A DNA stretch of 62,909 nt, the filler included, from Sluysia triapertura (lineage: Eukaryota), in NCBI GenBank assembly GCA_046118255.1. It is 5 parts of 5 records of this genome, joined end to end, with 100 filler letters (N's around TTAATTAATTAA, not from the genome) between each part and the next. Parts side by side here need not be neighbours in the genome. Positions count along the whole stretch, not along the records: positions 1 to 16,519 come from JBJNIA010202263.1; 4 more parts are not named here. One strand, 5' to 3'. The notes under the pieces were generated by a model that did no database searches, was not told where the DNA came from, and saw only the letters and a program-made list of their open reading frames with translations. The translations under genes and the position numbers were made by a program. Shown here in pieces: positions 1 through 12,040 of the stretch. The stretch's first letter is position 1. Each line of letters opens with the position of its first letter.

Positions 1-528
1 CACTATACACTATGTTAAATTATTATCTGTAAGATTACTATTTATGAAATTTAAATTAATTTTTATAATATATAAATTAAATAATTCAACCAAAATAAAA
101 TGCAGTATAAATACGAGTTGTTAGCTATTAATATCACAACTTTGACGAGAAAAGATTGCTGAGAAGTTAAATCAACTATTGAAATTACAAATTGTTACTG
201 ATTCTGAATTTTGAAGACATCGTCCAGTATTAATTGTATTTAGATACAAATTGAAATCAACAAGAGTTTTGATTTCGAGAACATAAATTATAATTGCTCC
301 TGATTTTGCTTATTTAAGTAAGTGATATTCATTGGACTTGTAGTCTAACATATTAAAGTATTTGTTAAATTATTTATAATTAAAGAATATTTTGTTTACT
401 ATTATTGCTGTCATTTTTGTATAAAATATTTACTAAAAATATGAATTTATTTATTTTATTCATTATTAATATCATTTTGTATAAAGTGTTTCATTAATAA
501 TCCTTCTGAATTTAATCTTCGTCATTGG

Positions 529-1012
529 AAATAGTGCCCCAAAGTAAAGATAATCACAATAAAAAATATTTATTTTGATAAAATAAAATTTGAATTAAAG
601 TTAAAACTAAAGACCACATCATAGTTAATATTAATATTTATTTGAATAAAGTTGAATCTGAGTATTTTACATTAATTAACACAAAAATTCCTTTTCAAAA
701 TATAATAAAAACTTATTTGCGTTTCCATTCCCTGTCATCGGAACGAGTATCCGAGCTCACGCTTCTATAAAACAAATTTATAAATAAGACAATAAAGAGT
801 TTATAAGATAAAGTAACTGCTAAGAGATTTTAAATTATTTTAACGAGTAATATTTTTACATAACTAACGAAGTTTAAATATTCATCGAAGAAGTGAGAAT
901 CTCTATTGATAAATTTAAGAATTTACTAAGACATTTTATTGAGTTTACATCAAAGTCTAATTGTTTATATTCATCAAAGTGTCCAGAACCATATTACGTT
1001 TTGTAAAGAATA
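529..1012. repeat. Dispersed repeat family A, copy 1 (structured core 719-762)
   Basis: Aligns by eye with 18786-19325, including AGTGCCCC and the near-identical core GTTTCCATTCC..GTCATCGGA.CGAGTATCCGAGCTCAC. Boundaries approximate. Confidence 0.8.
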
Positions 1013-1580
1013 AATAATAAGATGTATATCATATAACTTATTTTATTATTTTGTTTACTGTACATATTGTTGTATCTTAAAGACATTTATTTTATTATTT
1101 CCAAGAGATATTCATCACTTCAATAACATAATCATTTAAAAACTACTCTCATAATTTTGAATTCTACTTTAACTTTTGTAAAATTTTCAATATTATTCTC
1201 TTTTGTTTAAACTTGACAAATATAAGTTTAAAATTAATTCGGAGTACATATATGTCTCAAATTTTAAAATTATGCAATTTTAAAGTCGATTAAATTACTT
1301 TATAATTAGTTTCTTTATGTCGTCTCTGATGATAGAGATGGAATTACAATTTTTTATATTTAAATCATATCAAAACTTCAAATCTGTATATTCAAATAAC
1401 AAATCAAATTTATTATATATAAAACTTTATTAGCTAGATATGTAATGTTGGGTGCTATTATTTTTTATCGATGTTTTGTTACAAAATGACTTTTTATTAT
1501 AATAGAGAAATGATAAACATATTTGAAATTTATTTCTTAACTTTACAACAAACGATAATAAATAAAAATTACATAAAATT

Positions 1581-2393
1581 TTATTTGGTAAAACGTATAT
1601 ATATCAAAAATACTGTCCCGAATAATGTGCCATTTGTTTCATACGCTCCGCTATCTAAACAAAAATAAAAAATTATAATATCATTATTACCTGTATAAAA
1701 TCTAATTACTTTTAGTTCATTGATAATGGACTTGTCCTTGCTCACGTTCAGATTTGATACTTCAAGGAATCTAAAGATTTGTCCGATTCGAGATAGATGA
1801 TCGACATTCTGTAAGCAATTGGTGTATGAAATCATTAGTTAATCCACTGTATGGGCTTAAATACAACTGTTTCCATATTTGACACAATTTCCTTCTTGGT
1901 CAGTATTAAACAGGTACATTCCTCTTTTGATGTCTTTATAAGAATTTGTATATAGCCAACGAGTTTCACATGAATTACATTGTGACACATCTGATGATAT
2001 TATATCTTTATTGTTACTATCATTAAGTTCATCTTCATTCTTTTCTATTGTTTTCAAAACCGCTTTACCCTTTGATAATGTTAAGGGATTAATTAATTCA
2101 TTTGTTTCTTCGGTCAATTTAAAATGTCTTATCAAGGTCCGAAAGAGGTGCCAATCATCGAAGGTAATGTAAAATTTATTGCACAGTTCAAATAGATCGC
2201 AAACAGCCAATATTAAACCATTTAAATTAATTTCGCGGATTTTTTCCTGATGTTTAAAAGTTTTATCAGAACGTATTACTTTGAATTGTCCCGCCATGCA
2301 AATAACGTCGTTCAAGGTAATTTCACTGAGAATAAATGATGAAAACAAATCATTAATTTTTTGAATGCATCGTTTAATACTTTTAGTAGTCAT
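1581..2393 (-). pseudogene. Disrupted gene with an Unkempt-type CCCH zinc finger
   Basis: ORFs 1857-2393 and 1581-1835 share a frame and are separated by two TAA. Read-through gives MYLFNTDQEGNCVKYGNSCI*AHTVD*L, matching the finger at 62345 and the recalled Unkempt finger TCIHETDARGHCVKNGLHCAFAH. Confidence 0.65.
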
Positions 2394-2653
2394 TTTACGT
2401 TAATGAATCAAATTTACACCAGGTGAAGTATCATTTTTTAGAGACTGACTTTTTATTGTCAAATATCGATTTAGTTTATTTGATAAAGAGCCAAATTAAA
2501 TAAACGTATTACTAAAGTCATTTGCGATTCCAACATTATGTCTTCACAAATATTATTAAACTCCTCACTAATAGCACCATTCTCATTGTCGTTCTCTAGT
2601 TGCTCATTTGGGCAAAACTGTATCAATTTGATTCTGCATACGTTGTATCTTTT

Positions 2654-3022
2654 TCAGATTATATCAGTTAACATGTAAAAAGTTTCTTCGAAAGTTTTCA
2701 TACATACTAAAAGCACATGTTGTTTAATTTGTACATCAATGTTATTAATAGGAGTATCGCGTAAAGACCTCTTTAATCGTTGAAATTCTTCTACCTTTAT
2801 ATCATTAAACAAAGGTATTCCGGCATGTAAACAAGCAACAGTAGGTTCAATTATTGGTCTAATCATACCCACTTTATCAGCTCTCTTATTTCCAGTTAAT
2901 AAATTTTTATATTTTTCTTCAAAACATTCGCATTTAGGAATCTTATTAAAACAGATCCGTGAATTCATGTAAAATACAGAAATTAAGCCTCCAAGGACTA
3001 TTAACAGTGATACGACACACAC
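2654..3022 (-). CDS. Hypothetical protein or exon with hydrophobic N-terminus
   Basis: 122-codon open frame with coding-like composition in very AT-rich DNA. No recognised motif; annotated start is non-ATG. Confidence 0.3.
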   Translation of the reverse strand: MCVVSLLIVLGGLISVFYMNSRICFNKIPKCECFEEKYKNLLTGNKRADKVGMIRPIIEPTVACLHAGIPLFNDIKVEEFQRLKRSLRDTPINNIDVQIKQHVLLVCMKTFEETFYMLTDII

Positions 3023-4339
3023 AAAAATGATAAATTTAATAATTTTTAATTAATTTGATTACTGAAAAATTAATTTTTGAAATACTTTTATTATTTTATT
3101 CTTGGCCTTCTTTTCTTTAAGTTTACCGAAGAGATTAAAATAAATAGAAAAAATGTTGCTTCTATTTAAATACTTCATAATCTTCCAGTACTTTGATATT
3201 CACAAACTCTATATAACCAATCACTTATCTTAAATATGCTATATAATAATCTGGGCTTCCACATTTTTTATTTTTGATGTTTTAACCACAAATCAATATT
3301 CAGTACGTAACAAAAGATGTTAACCCAACTTCTCGTCTTTAAACATCGATTAATCCGCAATTTCATCATCTGTTTTCTTGACGACAATTGATAAAACATT
3401 ATATATTTTTATCACATTCTGCAATTAAATTAATATATCGCTAATTTCAACTTCGCTGTTGCTTCGGTTAATCTTATTTTTCAACTGTTTACTTCAGTTC
3501 TGCATAATTACATTGGTTTCTGTATTTGATTCTGAGCTACATAATCTACATTAATATATTTATTTGTTTCAAAATTAGAAACAAATTCACATTTAACAAC
3601 ATATAGATTGTAGTCAAGTCAAACTTTTAATTAAGAATTAGTTTGAATCTGATATTAAGAGAATAAACTAAACGAGTTAAGGTACAATATCTACAAACAT
3701 TTAAATTGATATTAACAAAGCCTTAGAGATAATAAAGACTAAAAGTAACAAATTATGATATTGATTGTGAGCATTTATATTCAACGACTAATAGAAAATT
3801 GTTAATATTTGACAAGAACATACACCATAAGGTAATATACTTATATTTAAGAGCGCATTTTATAATAAAAGAAATCAACGAATCATTTCGAGCAAAGTAA
3901 AAGGAAACTTTAATTTGGTAGTTTTTTACAATGTAGGCAAAATTTTGTCAGCGTCAGTAATTCCCAATTACCTTACTACTTGTTTGTTCTGCTTTATTCT
4001 CTATGTAGTAGTTATTACTGAAATTATATTATGGCCATAATTTTTTGAATTCCATTCTATAATAAATTTTCTCTATAGTTAGTATAAATTATTTATTTTT
4101 CAATTAGACTCACACAAATGATTTTAAATATGGATTTATTCTACATACATTTATTTTATTATTATTATATTTTTTGGTTGGTTTGCTTTGTACTTGTCTT
4201 TTTTCATTTTTATCTTACAAAATCACACATTTTCAAAATGCTTATTAAGTATAGTAAGTTCCTCTTACTGTTTCGTGCATTCAATTTTTATTTTATATCA
4301 TTTTTTCTTAAATTAAATTCTTAAAATAATGCATTATTT

Positions 4340-4960
4340 CATTATTATAAATATACTACTGTTTAAAATTATTTGCTCACATATTTATTGGTAAGTAGTA
4401 CAATTCTTGGAAATATGTGTCACATAGGAGATCCCTTTTTGTTGAAAAATTGTTTTTGCTGATTGATTCAACAGTAATTGCAATATTTTATACGGAATTG
4501 ACAAAAATAACCTATTATTAATAAATGAACAATTAATTTAGTCGTATCTTTTTTTAATACCTTTCCTATTATTTGATGTTCTTCATAGTTTTTTAACAAT
4601 ACAATTAATATTTTCGTCCATTTTCATCTTTTAAATCCATATAGCATCTTGTATTTTTAGTTTCATGTCTAAAATCTCACCACTAACAACTGGGATTCAT
4701 TTTCGTTGTTTTTATTGCTGAAACTTATAAATTCACATTTCGCTTCATTGATTTTCAAGTACTTATTATCAAACCATTTTATCAATTCGGTTCATTTAGC
4801 ACTACTTTCTACATTATTGATTTCAAATTCAGCACAACATTGTCTTGCATAATTCTAAAAGTCCAAAATTGTTTAAACCAAAGACATTAAATTTTGATTT
4901 AATGTAAATATTTTTGTTTATTTATTAAGTTGAGCAGTACGTATTTACTTTTTATATGAA
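4340..4960 (-). mobile_element. Decayed L2/CR1-type LINE reverse-transcriptase fragment
   Basis: Minus-strand translation fragments WFDNKYLKINEAKCEFI, KILQLLLNQSAK and QELYYLPI. DNA similarity to 33390-33450. Confidence 0.65.
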
Positions 4961-5507
4961 TTTATATGTGATAACACAACATTCTAAAAGGGGTTTATTA
5001 CTGACTAACCCTAGAAATGTGTTATTACAGTTTTAAAATACATCCATGTATTAGTTTTCTTCTATTACTATTTTTATTATGTCGGATAATATGATAATTC
5101 ATGCAGAACTCTTTTAATAAATGTCATAATTTTATATGACCTATGCATCTTGCTAATAAAATATCAAGATCGATTTAAGTCTTTCTTATTATTTTTCATC
5201 TATTAAGCATAGATAGACATTATTTAAGTTTATGTAAATTTTCAAATTTTACATTCATCATTTGAAACTTCTGGTGGTCATACTTCTTGCACCAAGAAAT
5301 GTATTATTTGACGTATAAGATTCTAGTATAAAAATATTATAACTTTACAATAAGTTAGAGTAAGTTAGAAGAGCACCACACAATCATATAAACGTAACTG
5401 TATTAAGAATTTTTTCTAAAAAATTAATTAACATTCAAAACCATATAAATATTATAGATATATTAAAATTATAAAATCTTATATAAAGAATTATAACATA
5501 AACAGAC

Positions 5508-5538
5508 CTTCGCAAGATCGAGTTTCATTAACAAAATC
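5508..5538 (-). CDS. PLXDC: PLXDC-like gene, micro-exon DFVNETRSCE
   Basis: ttcag acceptor, gtctgt donor; phase 0 start matches the end of the PSI exon. Confidence 0.5.
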
Positions 5539-6395
5539 CTGAATTTAAATTACGTGCGGTATAATTTATTTTAATAATTTTTATTTAACATTTTTTGATT
5601 ATAGATAGATTAAATTAACACATTATGAACGAATAGTCTAACTAATCTAACTAAATTTGGAAAATATGCAAAAAAAGTTAGAAATTAAAACGATGATATA
5701 AATACTCACCCTGCTGTAAGGTTGAAGGCCGCTAAGTGGGTACTAATACTCGAACTACTCATAATGTGGATATTTTTATGTTGAATTTATGGATAACAAA
5801 AACAAACGATAAATTTTTTTAATGTGAAAATTTACTTTTATATTTTCTTTTTATTTTATATAAATATTTTATACTTTTTGAATAAATACAAATATTTCAT
5901 TTGTATGAAAAATTTTAATATAAATTTAGATTACATTAATAAATTTATTCCGCAGAAGAAGATACTTTCCAAAGTTTAAAGATGGTCACTTCGATTTGAA
6001 ACGGTAATTGAAAATAAATTAACCAACCAATAAATTACTTACGATCATCTATTCGATAATGTTGCGTCATCTTTAAATCATGTAATAAATAACGATAAAT
6101 AAAATGGACAAACCAAATGTTAAAGTCTAGTTAGACATTTCTGAGAGCGTAATGACTGATAAAAAAGGTTTTATCCAAAAATGAGCTAAATTCAAAAATA
6201 AATCAAAGAAAACGAAGATATTAACAAAATGTGAAAGGTGATAAAAACGACTTCATGAATTCAGAAAGGAAGAATGATTTTCAGTTATGCAATTAAAATA
6301 AAAATATTACGTATTAAAATTAGTATAAATATTAAAAGAGGAATTTGTTTAACTTATAACAGAAATATAATTATCAAAAATAAGTATAAACATAC

Positions 6396-6544
6396 AGAAC
6401 TGCATTTGTAATATTCCCATATGTGATGCATACGACCTGCGTTTCCTTGATCATAACATATACTAGCTCGATTACACCAAAGACATGTCATACCAGGCAT
6501 ATATGTTGTTAAACAAGTTACGCAAGACGTCTTAGATTGGCAAC
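6396..6544 (-). CDS. PLXDC: PLXDC-like gene, PSI-domain exon
   Basis: SCQSKTSCVTCLTTYMPGMTCLWCNRASICYDQGNAGRMHHIWEYYKCSS has the C..C..C...CxWC...C...W...C pattern of PLXDC PSI domains. tgtag acceptor, gtatgt donor, phase 1 to 0. Confidence 0.8.
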
Positions 6545-7099
6545 CTACAATTGAAAATTATAATTTCTAATAACTGTTATAAATTATCTCATTATAGTTA
6601 TAATTGTTATAATTTCGAATGTATGTACTTTAGTAAAAATAGAAAATAATAATTATTTATTGATGAAAGTAAGTAGGTAAATTTTTATAACTGGATTATA
6701 AAATCAGACGGAATGACCACTTGATCTTTATTATTTATAATTTGGAAATGCTAAACTTATATTAGAAGTGATTTATTATTTACAAAATAAATATTTAAAT
6801 TAATATATTAATGAATTAATAAAATTAATATATTAAATTAATGATTATATTTAAATTAATATTAACATAGTTATTTATATTGTTATGTATGACTCATCGA
6901 TTATAACTTGATTATTTTGTGTCATTATACAAAACTATTGATTATTTTATTTAATCGTTTGTATAAACTAAATCATTTTTAGATTTTTAAAGTATGTTTT
7001 ATTTATTTTTAAACTCTTATAAATATTTTGTTTATTTTTAAAACCTTTATGAAAATTTTATTAATTTTAAATATTAATTTAATAAAAATTGATTCTTTA

Positions 7100-7855
7100 A
7101 ATCTGGTCAAAGTCAAGACAAAATTTATATAAATAGTACTACAATTTCAAAAATTTTAATAGCACATAACCGATTTAAATTTCACCTTTCAAGTCTATAT
7201 CAACAGATTGACATTTCAATTTCAAAAAGTTTTAAAATCAAGTTAATAAAGTTTCAATAGTCACAGAATTCATAACAGAAAAGATTATTGATCAGATTTT
7301 CAGTTTTCTTTTTATATAAGCGTTAGTTTATTTATAATAAGGCTCGATATCCTAGCGATATCTATGAGAAATACAAGTAAAATTAATTAATATTAACTTT
7401 AGATCTTTTATTAGATCTCCGTAAAATCATTTATTAAAATATCATTAAAATTAGAATTATTTTTTAATTCTAACGCAATTTATATTATTATCATTTTTAC
7501 CTATAATTTGTACAAGTTCTTTAATTTTGTTAATAAAATTTCGACAACATTTACTGGTTTTTGTATTAGATAGTTTCCATTATAAAATCTAGACGATAAA
7601 AGTACTTTTTATAGTTAGGTTTAACTCTAACTAAACAAAATATTTATTAACGATCTTTTTCATAGGATCTACGTAAAATATTAATTAAAATATTTTTTAA
7701 TTATAAAAAAACCTCCTGAATTACTAAAGGCTTTTAAAAGTAAGATCAACTAAAGAAGTTTTCTTTCTCGACCAACGTCGCAACTCCTTTTACTCTTATC
7801 TAGAAAATCCAACGGTTGGCACTAGCTGTTAAATTCAGTACGTTGGTGAACTCAC
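7100..7855 (-). repeat. Dispersed repeat family B copy (module at 7804-7855)
   Basis: Minus strand GTGAGTTCACCAACGTAC...CGTTGGATTTT. Downstream TTTACG...ATCCTATGAAAA shared with the copies at 24400 and 56697. Left boundary approximate. Confidence 0.75.
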
Positions 7856-7962
7856 TTTTCTCACAATATAATTATTGTTTAATTTTAATATATTTAATTA
7901 TAACATTTAACACACAAATAAACTTGAATTGATAATAATTTACAAGATAAAAATATAATTAC

Positions 7963-8049
7963 TTGGTAATAAAGTAAAAATATAAGCTTCTTCTAAATTT
8001 GAATAATTCAAAAAAATTGTGTCGTAAGAAGAATATAAAGTTCTATCAC
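7963..8049 (-). CDS. PLXDC: PLXDC-like gene exon
   Basis: GDRTLYSSYDTIFLNYSNLEEAYIFTLLP resembles recalled PLXDC RRTIYEYHRVEL...VEMTPLP. tttag acceptor, gtaatt donor, phase 1 to 1. Confidence 0.7.
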
Positions 8050-8216
8050 CTAAAAAAATAAAATTTATAATAATAATCAATTTCGAATATAATTAATTGT
8101 TCCGAATATCACATTAATCTTAATTATTACATTAAAATTATATTAATTTGTTATCTAAATTTTTATTTATTTTATGTTATGAGAATTTAAAACTGTAAAA
8201 ATAAATTAAAACAAAC

Positions 8217-8280
8217 CTAATATGGTATAGTATCCATCTGCAATTTCAATATTTAGTAGAGGAGGTGCAATCAACGGTAT
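8217..8280 (-). CDS. PLXDC: PLXDC-like gene exon
   Basis: IPLIAPPLLNIEIADGYYTIL resembles PLXDC IP...VKVGLSDAF. tttag acceptor, gtttgt donor, phase 0 to 1. Confidence 0.65.
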
Positions 8281-8522
8281 CTAAATAGGAAGGTAAAATA
8301 TGTATTAGAAATAGAAGATAAGGTGTTACAAAAACTTTATTAATTAATGAAAAGTTTCCAATATTTAAATTACTAAACACAATATAAATATTTTTGATTT
8401 ACTAACAACTTAATACTTTATTATTTATTATTTTGTTTACCCTAAAGTATTTTATATTTGGACATTAAAGTTTATCTTTATTATTTATTCTACACGATTA
8501 TAAAATTACAAAATTGTAGTAT

Positions 8523-8611
8523 TTTATCGTAACTTTTATTTTGTATGAATTCCATCAGTTGGAACAGTTTATAATTAATCTGTACATCATTGAGGTTCGT
8601 TTTGAATTCGT
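8523..8611 (-). pseudogene. Decayed duplicate PLXDC-like exon
   Basis: acag acceptor; DVQINYKL...SYDK parallels the 11346 exon (...SYEK), but the donor position reads ATACTA instead of GT. Confidence 0.4.
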
Positions 8612-9254
8612 CTGTAATGCTAGAAATAGGTTAGTCTCAGAAATAAACTGCTAATACATTCTGACATTTAAGTCAAGAAATAAAACAAATAAAAATAAAA
8701 GCATAAATATACTCCAAGTATACATACATAATAGCTACGATCTTATTCCATTAATAATATATATTCCACCTATCAGTTGTTAAATTAATGATGTGCTACG
8801 AATATTGTTTTCATTGTTATATTGTGACTAATAAATTCTACAATTCTACATTTTATCTACAGTTACTTCTTCCCTGTGGTGCAATTCTACCGTATGATAT
8901 ATTTCTTTTTATGGCTAATGTCATACATGTCACTGGAACCTTCTAAATTTGCTAATTACATATTGTAACTTTCACTCCCTATTTCTTGCATCCTGCTTTA
9001 TTTCATTTTGTATACCTGTTCATTTATTTAATGTTAAGGTTTTTAGCAGTTTTTAATATTGCGTAATTTAATTTTATTTACGTAAAATTCTTTTTAATAT
9101 TAAAAGCTACTGTTTAATTTAGTAGCTTATTAAAATAACCTTTTTAAAATATAGCATTATAAGATTATTTTTAGAATAAACTTCGTAAACTTTTGTTACA
9201 ACGTTTTATATGTTCTTATTTGAATATCTTTATTATTAATCTAATATTTTTAGA

Positions 9255-9547
9255 ATTTAAGGTTCATTTTAGAACCTCATTAAAATCAACATTTTTCAAA
9301 TTTAGAGGTTCAATTTGTAACCTAATTAAAATCTTAATTAACTAAAATTCCTATTTAAAATATTTTGGTGCATTTTTGAAGAACCGCATTAGAATAATTA
9401 CTAAATCTTTTGATTACCTTAAAATATACGTTGATTAGAACATCCCCCATTTATTAAAGTAAACTCCACAAGCATTAAGTTTTCTCAATATCAAAAAAAT
9501 TCAACAGCTAGCCCTAACTTGTAACACTAGTACGCTGAAGAACTCAC
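9255..9547 (-). repeat. Family B-related module (9496-9547) followed by three AGGTT..AACCT hairpin repeats
   Basis: Minus strand GTGAGTTCTTCAGCGTACTAG...CTAGCTGTTGAATTTT. Hairpin units near 9259, 9306 and 9366. Confidence 0.65.
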
Positions 9548-10399
9548 CTTTAACTTTATTCGTAAAACTAGGATAAGAAAAAACCCTCTCGAATAATCAA
9601 ATTTCCTAACAGAAATAATTAAAAATCATCAATTTCCATAAAAGAAAATTATTTTCCAAAACATGAAGTACTTTTTGAAAAAAAAACTTATTTTCTAACA
9701 AAGAAATGGAAAATTATAAAACATTCTAGAATTTTCGAGAAAATTCCATGAATTCTTATTAGTATATAAACTAGCATCAGTTCATTGTATCAGCATTACT
9801 TGGTAATACAAACTTTAACTACACAAAGCAATTTTGTCAAATATTGGATTAAGCTATTAATTTAAATTATTCAAATTATTTATTAATTCTTTAACAACAG
9901 AGCCTCAGTGAATTAAACTTGTAACTATAAATAGAAATACCGATTAATTTGTAGAATTATTTATTAATGTTCAATATTATTTTTAAAAGTTGTTAATATT
10001 AATTTGAAAATGTTTTGTCAAACATTGGGTTAAGCTATTAACATAAATTATTCAGTCTATTCAAATTATTTATTAATTATTTATTTTATCACTCCATTTT
10101 ATATAGTAAATTATTATTATAATTTTTTTGATTCTCGTAGTAAAAATATTAAAATGGGTAAATCATTTTTCGTTTGTTTTCGATTTTAATGAGTGCAAAA
10201 ATTTATAATTAAAATCATAGATTTATAATTAAAGGTTTTAATTACAAAATATTTTATTTCTGTCCTATATTGTCTTAAAGTTTAATTAAGTGTTATTGAT
10301 TGAATTTCCAATTAATTTCAGATAAATTAAAATTTATATAAGATCATAACAAATTTACAGACAACAAATTGAGTTTAGAGATTAACCTGAATTATCTAA

Positions 10400-10800
10400 A
10401 AAATTACACCAATTTGTGTTAAGATCCTCCGTTTAAGAATTTATATATTAAGGTATTTAATTTGTTAGTATTTATTTATTTGGTCTGATTAGAAATTCGA
10501 TATTTGCGAATAAAAAGAATATAAATTAAAGGATAAAGTTCACGTTAAGTATTTTGCCGTAGTTAGGAATTAAGAAAACCACAGCAATAATAAAAAAGTG
10601 ACAGTGATAAAATATACCAATTAAATTCAGTTGTAATTATTAAAAAGCTAGACGAGTGAATCTAAAAATCAGAATATAGAATGATATATAGAATAATTGC
10701 ATTGTCAAAATGTGTAAATACCAACTAAAGAGAATATTAAATAAAGAGAATATTTATTAAAAAAAGATTCTACAAAATTATTTGTACAATTATTAATAAT
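10400..10800 (+). mobile_element. Old LINE fragment of the same L2/CR1-type family
   Basis: AATTGCATTGTCAAAATGTGTAAATACCAACT and AAAAAAGATTCTACAAAATTA match the reverse complements of the copies near 4550 and 33380. Boundaries approximate. Confidence 0.45.
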
Positions 10801-11345
10801 TAATAATATTTAATTAGTAAAAAGTATCGTAGAAGACATAAAAGTACTGAATAAATCGAGAAAGAACGTAGTACCTATAAGTCAAAGTAGTTGAAAATTT
10901 TAAAGGTAATTTATAAATGTTCACTTTGCAGAAGAATATTCAAAAATTAGAAAACATAAATATCTTTAAGATACAATTATTTTTATAAAATACTCTGTGA
11001 TAATAAGATATGTTGTAGGTTTTAAACATTGATATGCTTCAAGTTCTTTCAATATTTGAAGAATTACGATGATAATTGCTTTTGAGTACTTATTTCAAGG
11101 GAGATATAATAATGTTAAACTTTGCATTTGCATAAGCTTTTAATTTCAACAATACTGATTGGTTCATTTGACTAATAAGAGATAGTTTTCAATTAATTTG
11201 ATTATAAAATACTGGAGTCATAAATCGTTCCATAGAAGTTGTATCAAACAAGTTATCTTCTGGTAAACAAAGTCAAAAAATTATACAAACATTTGATACC
11301 CCAAATTTATCAATTTAACAAATAACACTAATGGAAATAACAAAC

Positions 11346-11416
11346 CTTTTCGTAAGAAAAATAAATATGGCCAGATGCATTTAATTGTAAATATACAGAT
11401 GCATCGTTTGATGAAT
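11346..11416 (-). CDS. PLXDC: PLXDC-like exon
   Basis: SSNDASVYLQLNASGHIYFSYEK resembles PLXDC FTFQATL..DGRIIFGYKE. ttag acceptor, gtttgt donor; phase 0 end fits the 8217-8280 exon. Confidence 0.55.
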
Positions 11417-11856
11417 CTAATAACATAAGAAACATAAGTAGCATAATAACAATAATAATAAAACTAACTAGGGTAAAGTAGATTCTGAAACTTCCATTTT
11501 ATTATTATATAATTATCTTAATAATAAATAATTCTTAATATCTTTACTATTTATAAGTAAAATTTAATTTCTTTGAAATGCTTCAGTTTCCAATAATTAA
11601 TATTATAAACATCATTTATTATTATTATTATTATGGGAAAGTTAAAAAATTAACATGAAATAAGAAATGATGTAGAAGATTTTTAATAATTTATAAATAA
11701 GAAATTAATCTGTAACATAATATTCATTCATTTTTAAATTTATCTTAAAAAAATTCAATTTCTTAGAATTTTTAAATCAAACCAAAATTTCATTTAATTT
11801 AAATTTATTCAAAATAAAATTATTTCAAAAATAAAATTAAAATCATTATCATTAAG

Positions 11857-12040
11857 ATTATAATGCTTTATATCAATTTAAAATGAGATTTAAGAGTTAA
11901 TATAATATAGAGTTAATATAAATATAAAATTTAATAACAAATAGTAACTAGTTTTAAATTGAAATTAAACGAATTGTTATTTTAAATGAGATTCTATGAA
12001 GGCAATATAACATTAAATTTTAAAAACATAAAGATCATTG
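11857..12040. repeat. Dispersed repeat family C, copy 1
   Basis: TATAATGCTTTATATCAATTTAAAAT...AATGAGATTCTAT...CATAAAGATCATT recurs at 17674-17822. Confidence 0.7.

Noticed and set aside
1836-1859. Stop-codon reassignment
   Set aside because: The two TAA align to different residues (Tyr and Glu), and intact exons elsewhere contain no in-frame stops.
1581-3022. Endogenous viral gene cluster
   Set aside because: No viral hallmark motif; the only recognisable domain is a host-type CCCH finger.
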